Source: Lingula anatina (lineage: Eukaryota > Animalia > Brachiopoda). From it: a DNA stretch of 64,000 nt. Location: NCBI GenBank assembly GCA_051362555.1, contig JBPQGU010000016.1:558001-622000 (forward strand), in the 5' to 3' direction. The position numbers were made by a program, and so were the translations under genes. Positions 63,295 to 64,000 of the stretch are shown here, piece by piece (positions within the stretch are counted from its first letter, which is position 1; every line of letters starts with the position of its first letter). The notes beneath the pieces are model-generated. The model was given only the letters and a program-made list of their open reading frames with translations, made no database searches and was not told the DNA's origin.

Positions 63295-63606
63295 CTGAAA
63301 CATATAAGTATGCATTTCACAGATTTTTCCAAATATTCAAATGTCTAAATCGTATTCTGGTCAATTTCTAATAGGCACATGCTACCAAATAGATTTTGCT
63401 GCAATTTGTTACATAATGTCTTTGAGACAAAATGTTCATACGCTTGTGGTCAGGTCATGAAAAAACAGTTGTTGGGTTGTTACAACTGTGCGTTGGTTTT
63501 AAAAATACTCTTAAAAGGAAGACATTTTTTATTATTAATATATCATTATAACAGTCTTTAAATAATAATAATAATAATAATAACGAGTGTGGTACACAAG
63601 CTTTAC

Positions 63607-63729
63607 CTGTACAATTGATACCATCCCCAAAGAACCCCTCATCACAGGAGCAGGTGTAGGAGCCGATGGTGTTGAAGCACCGAGCACGTGGGGAGCATCT
63701 CCAGGCACCGCCCTTACACTCGTCTATAT
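63607..63729 (-). CDS. cbEGF exon (DIDECKGGAWRCSPRARCFNTIGSYTCSCDEGFFGDGINCT); gene continues beyond the window
   Basis: cbEGF consensus, 123 nt, phase 1-1. Part of a fibrillin-like EGF-repeat extracellular protein whose exact family cannot be assigned. Confidence 0.93.
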
Positions 63730-64000
63730 CTGGAACGGTGACGCCGTGTTACATGTTAGAAAAAAAAACCTTACTAATTGTAAAATCACAGGGGAGGGGG
63801 GCATTTTAGGCTTTATTCTAAAATTACTCCACCATCAAATCAATACACATGACTGTGCATACCCAATAATCCGAACACTATAATTCCAGATGACTTGAAA
63901 ACCCTTTTTTACGGCATTTTGAAACTTTCGGCATATATTTTTCCAACTAGAAGTACGTGTAATGAATGTGTAGTGGTGATAGAATAAACATGACATATTC

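Overview
AT-rich, microsatellite-rich animal genomic DNA, probably from a marine invertebrate such as a mollusc (inferred from repeat style only). Most of the window is one long spliced plus-strand gene of the TMCC/TEX28 (Drosophila Dementin) family. Its core exons lie at 48815-55371, with frame-compatible upstream exons at 4734 and 16301 and a candidate alternative first exon at 47521. Converging on it from the right is the 3' part of a minus-strand gene built from one-EGF-per-exon calcium-binding EGF repeats (about 59181-63729). The long TMCC introns hold three kinds of mobile element: (i) an apparently intact antisense tyrosine-recombinase (DIRS-order, Ngaro/PAT-like) retrotransposon at about 32460-36220; (ii) an internally deleted ISL2EU-type DNA transposon (THAP/DDE and SAP/YqaJ remnants) at 12876-15578; (iii) many MITEs and a SINE. 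The most notable observation concerns the retroelement: neither its RT-RNaseH ORF nor its recombinase ORF has a usable ATG. The sequence shows an A-AAA-AAC slippery site that would fuse gag to pol, and a phase-matched GT-AG pair that would splice the gag N-terminus onto the recombinase. The element ends in short inverted repeats rather than long DIRS/Ngaro repeats. TMCC also shows several splice oddities: a 5x duplicated donor, a possible TM-less terminal exon, tandem donors and an open in-frame intron. All homology statements come from motif recognition by eye; no searches were run.
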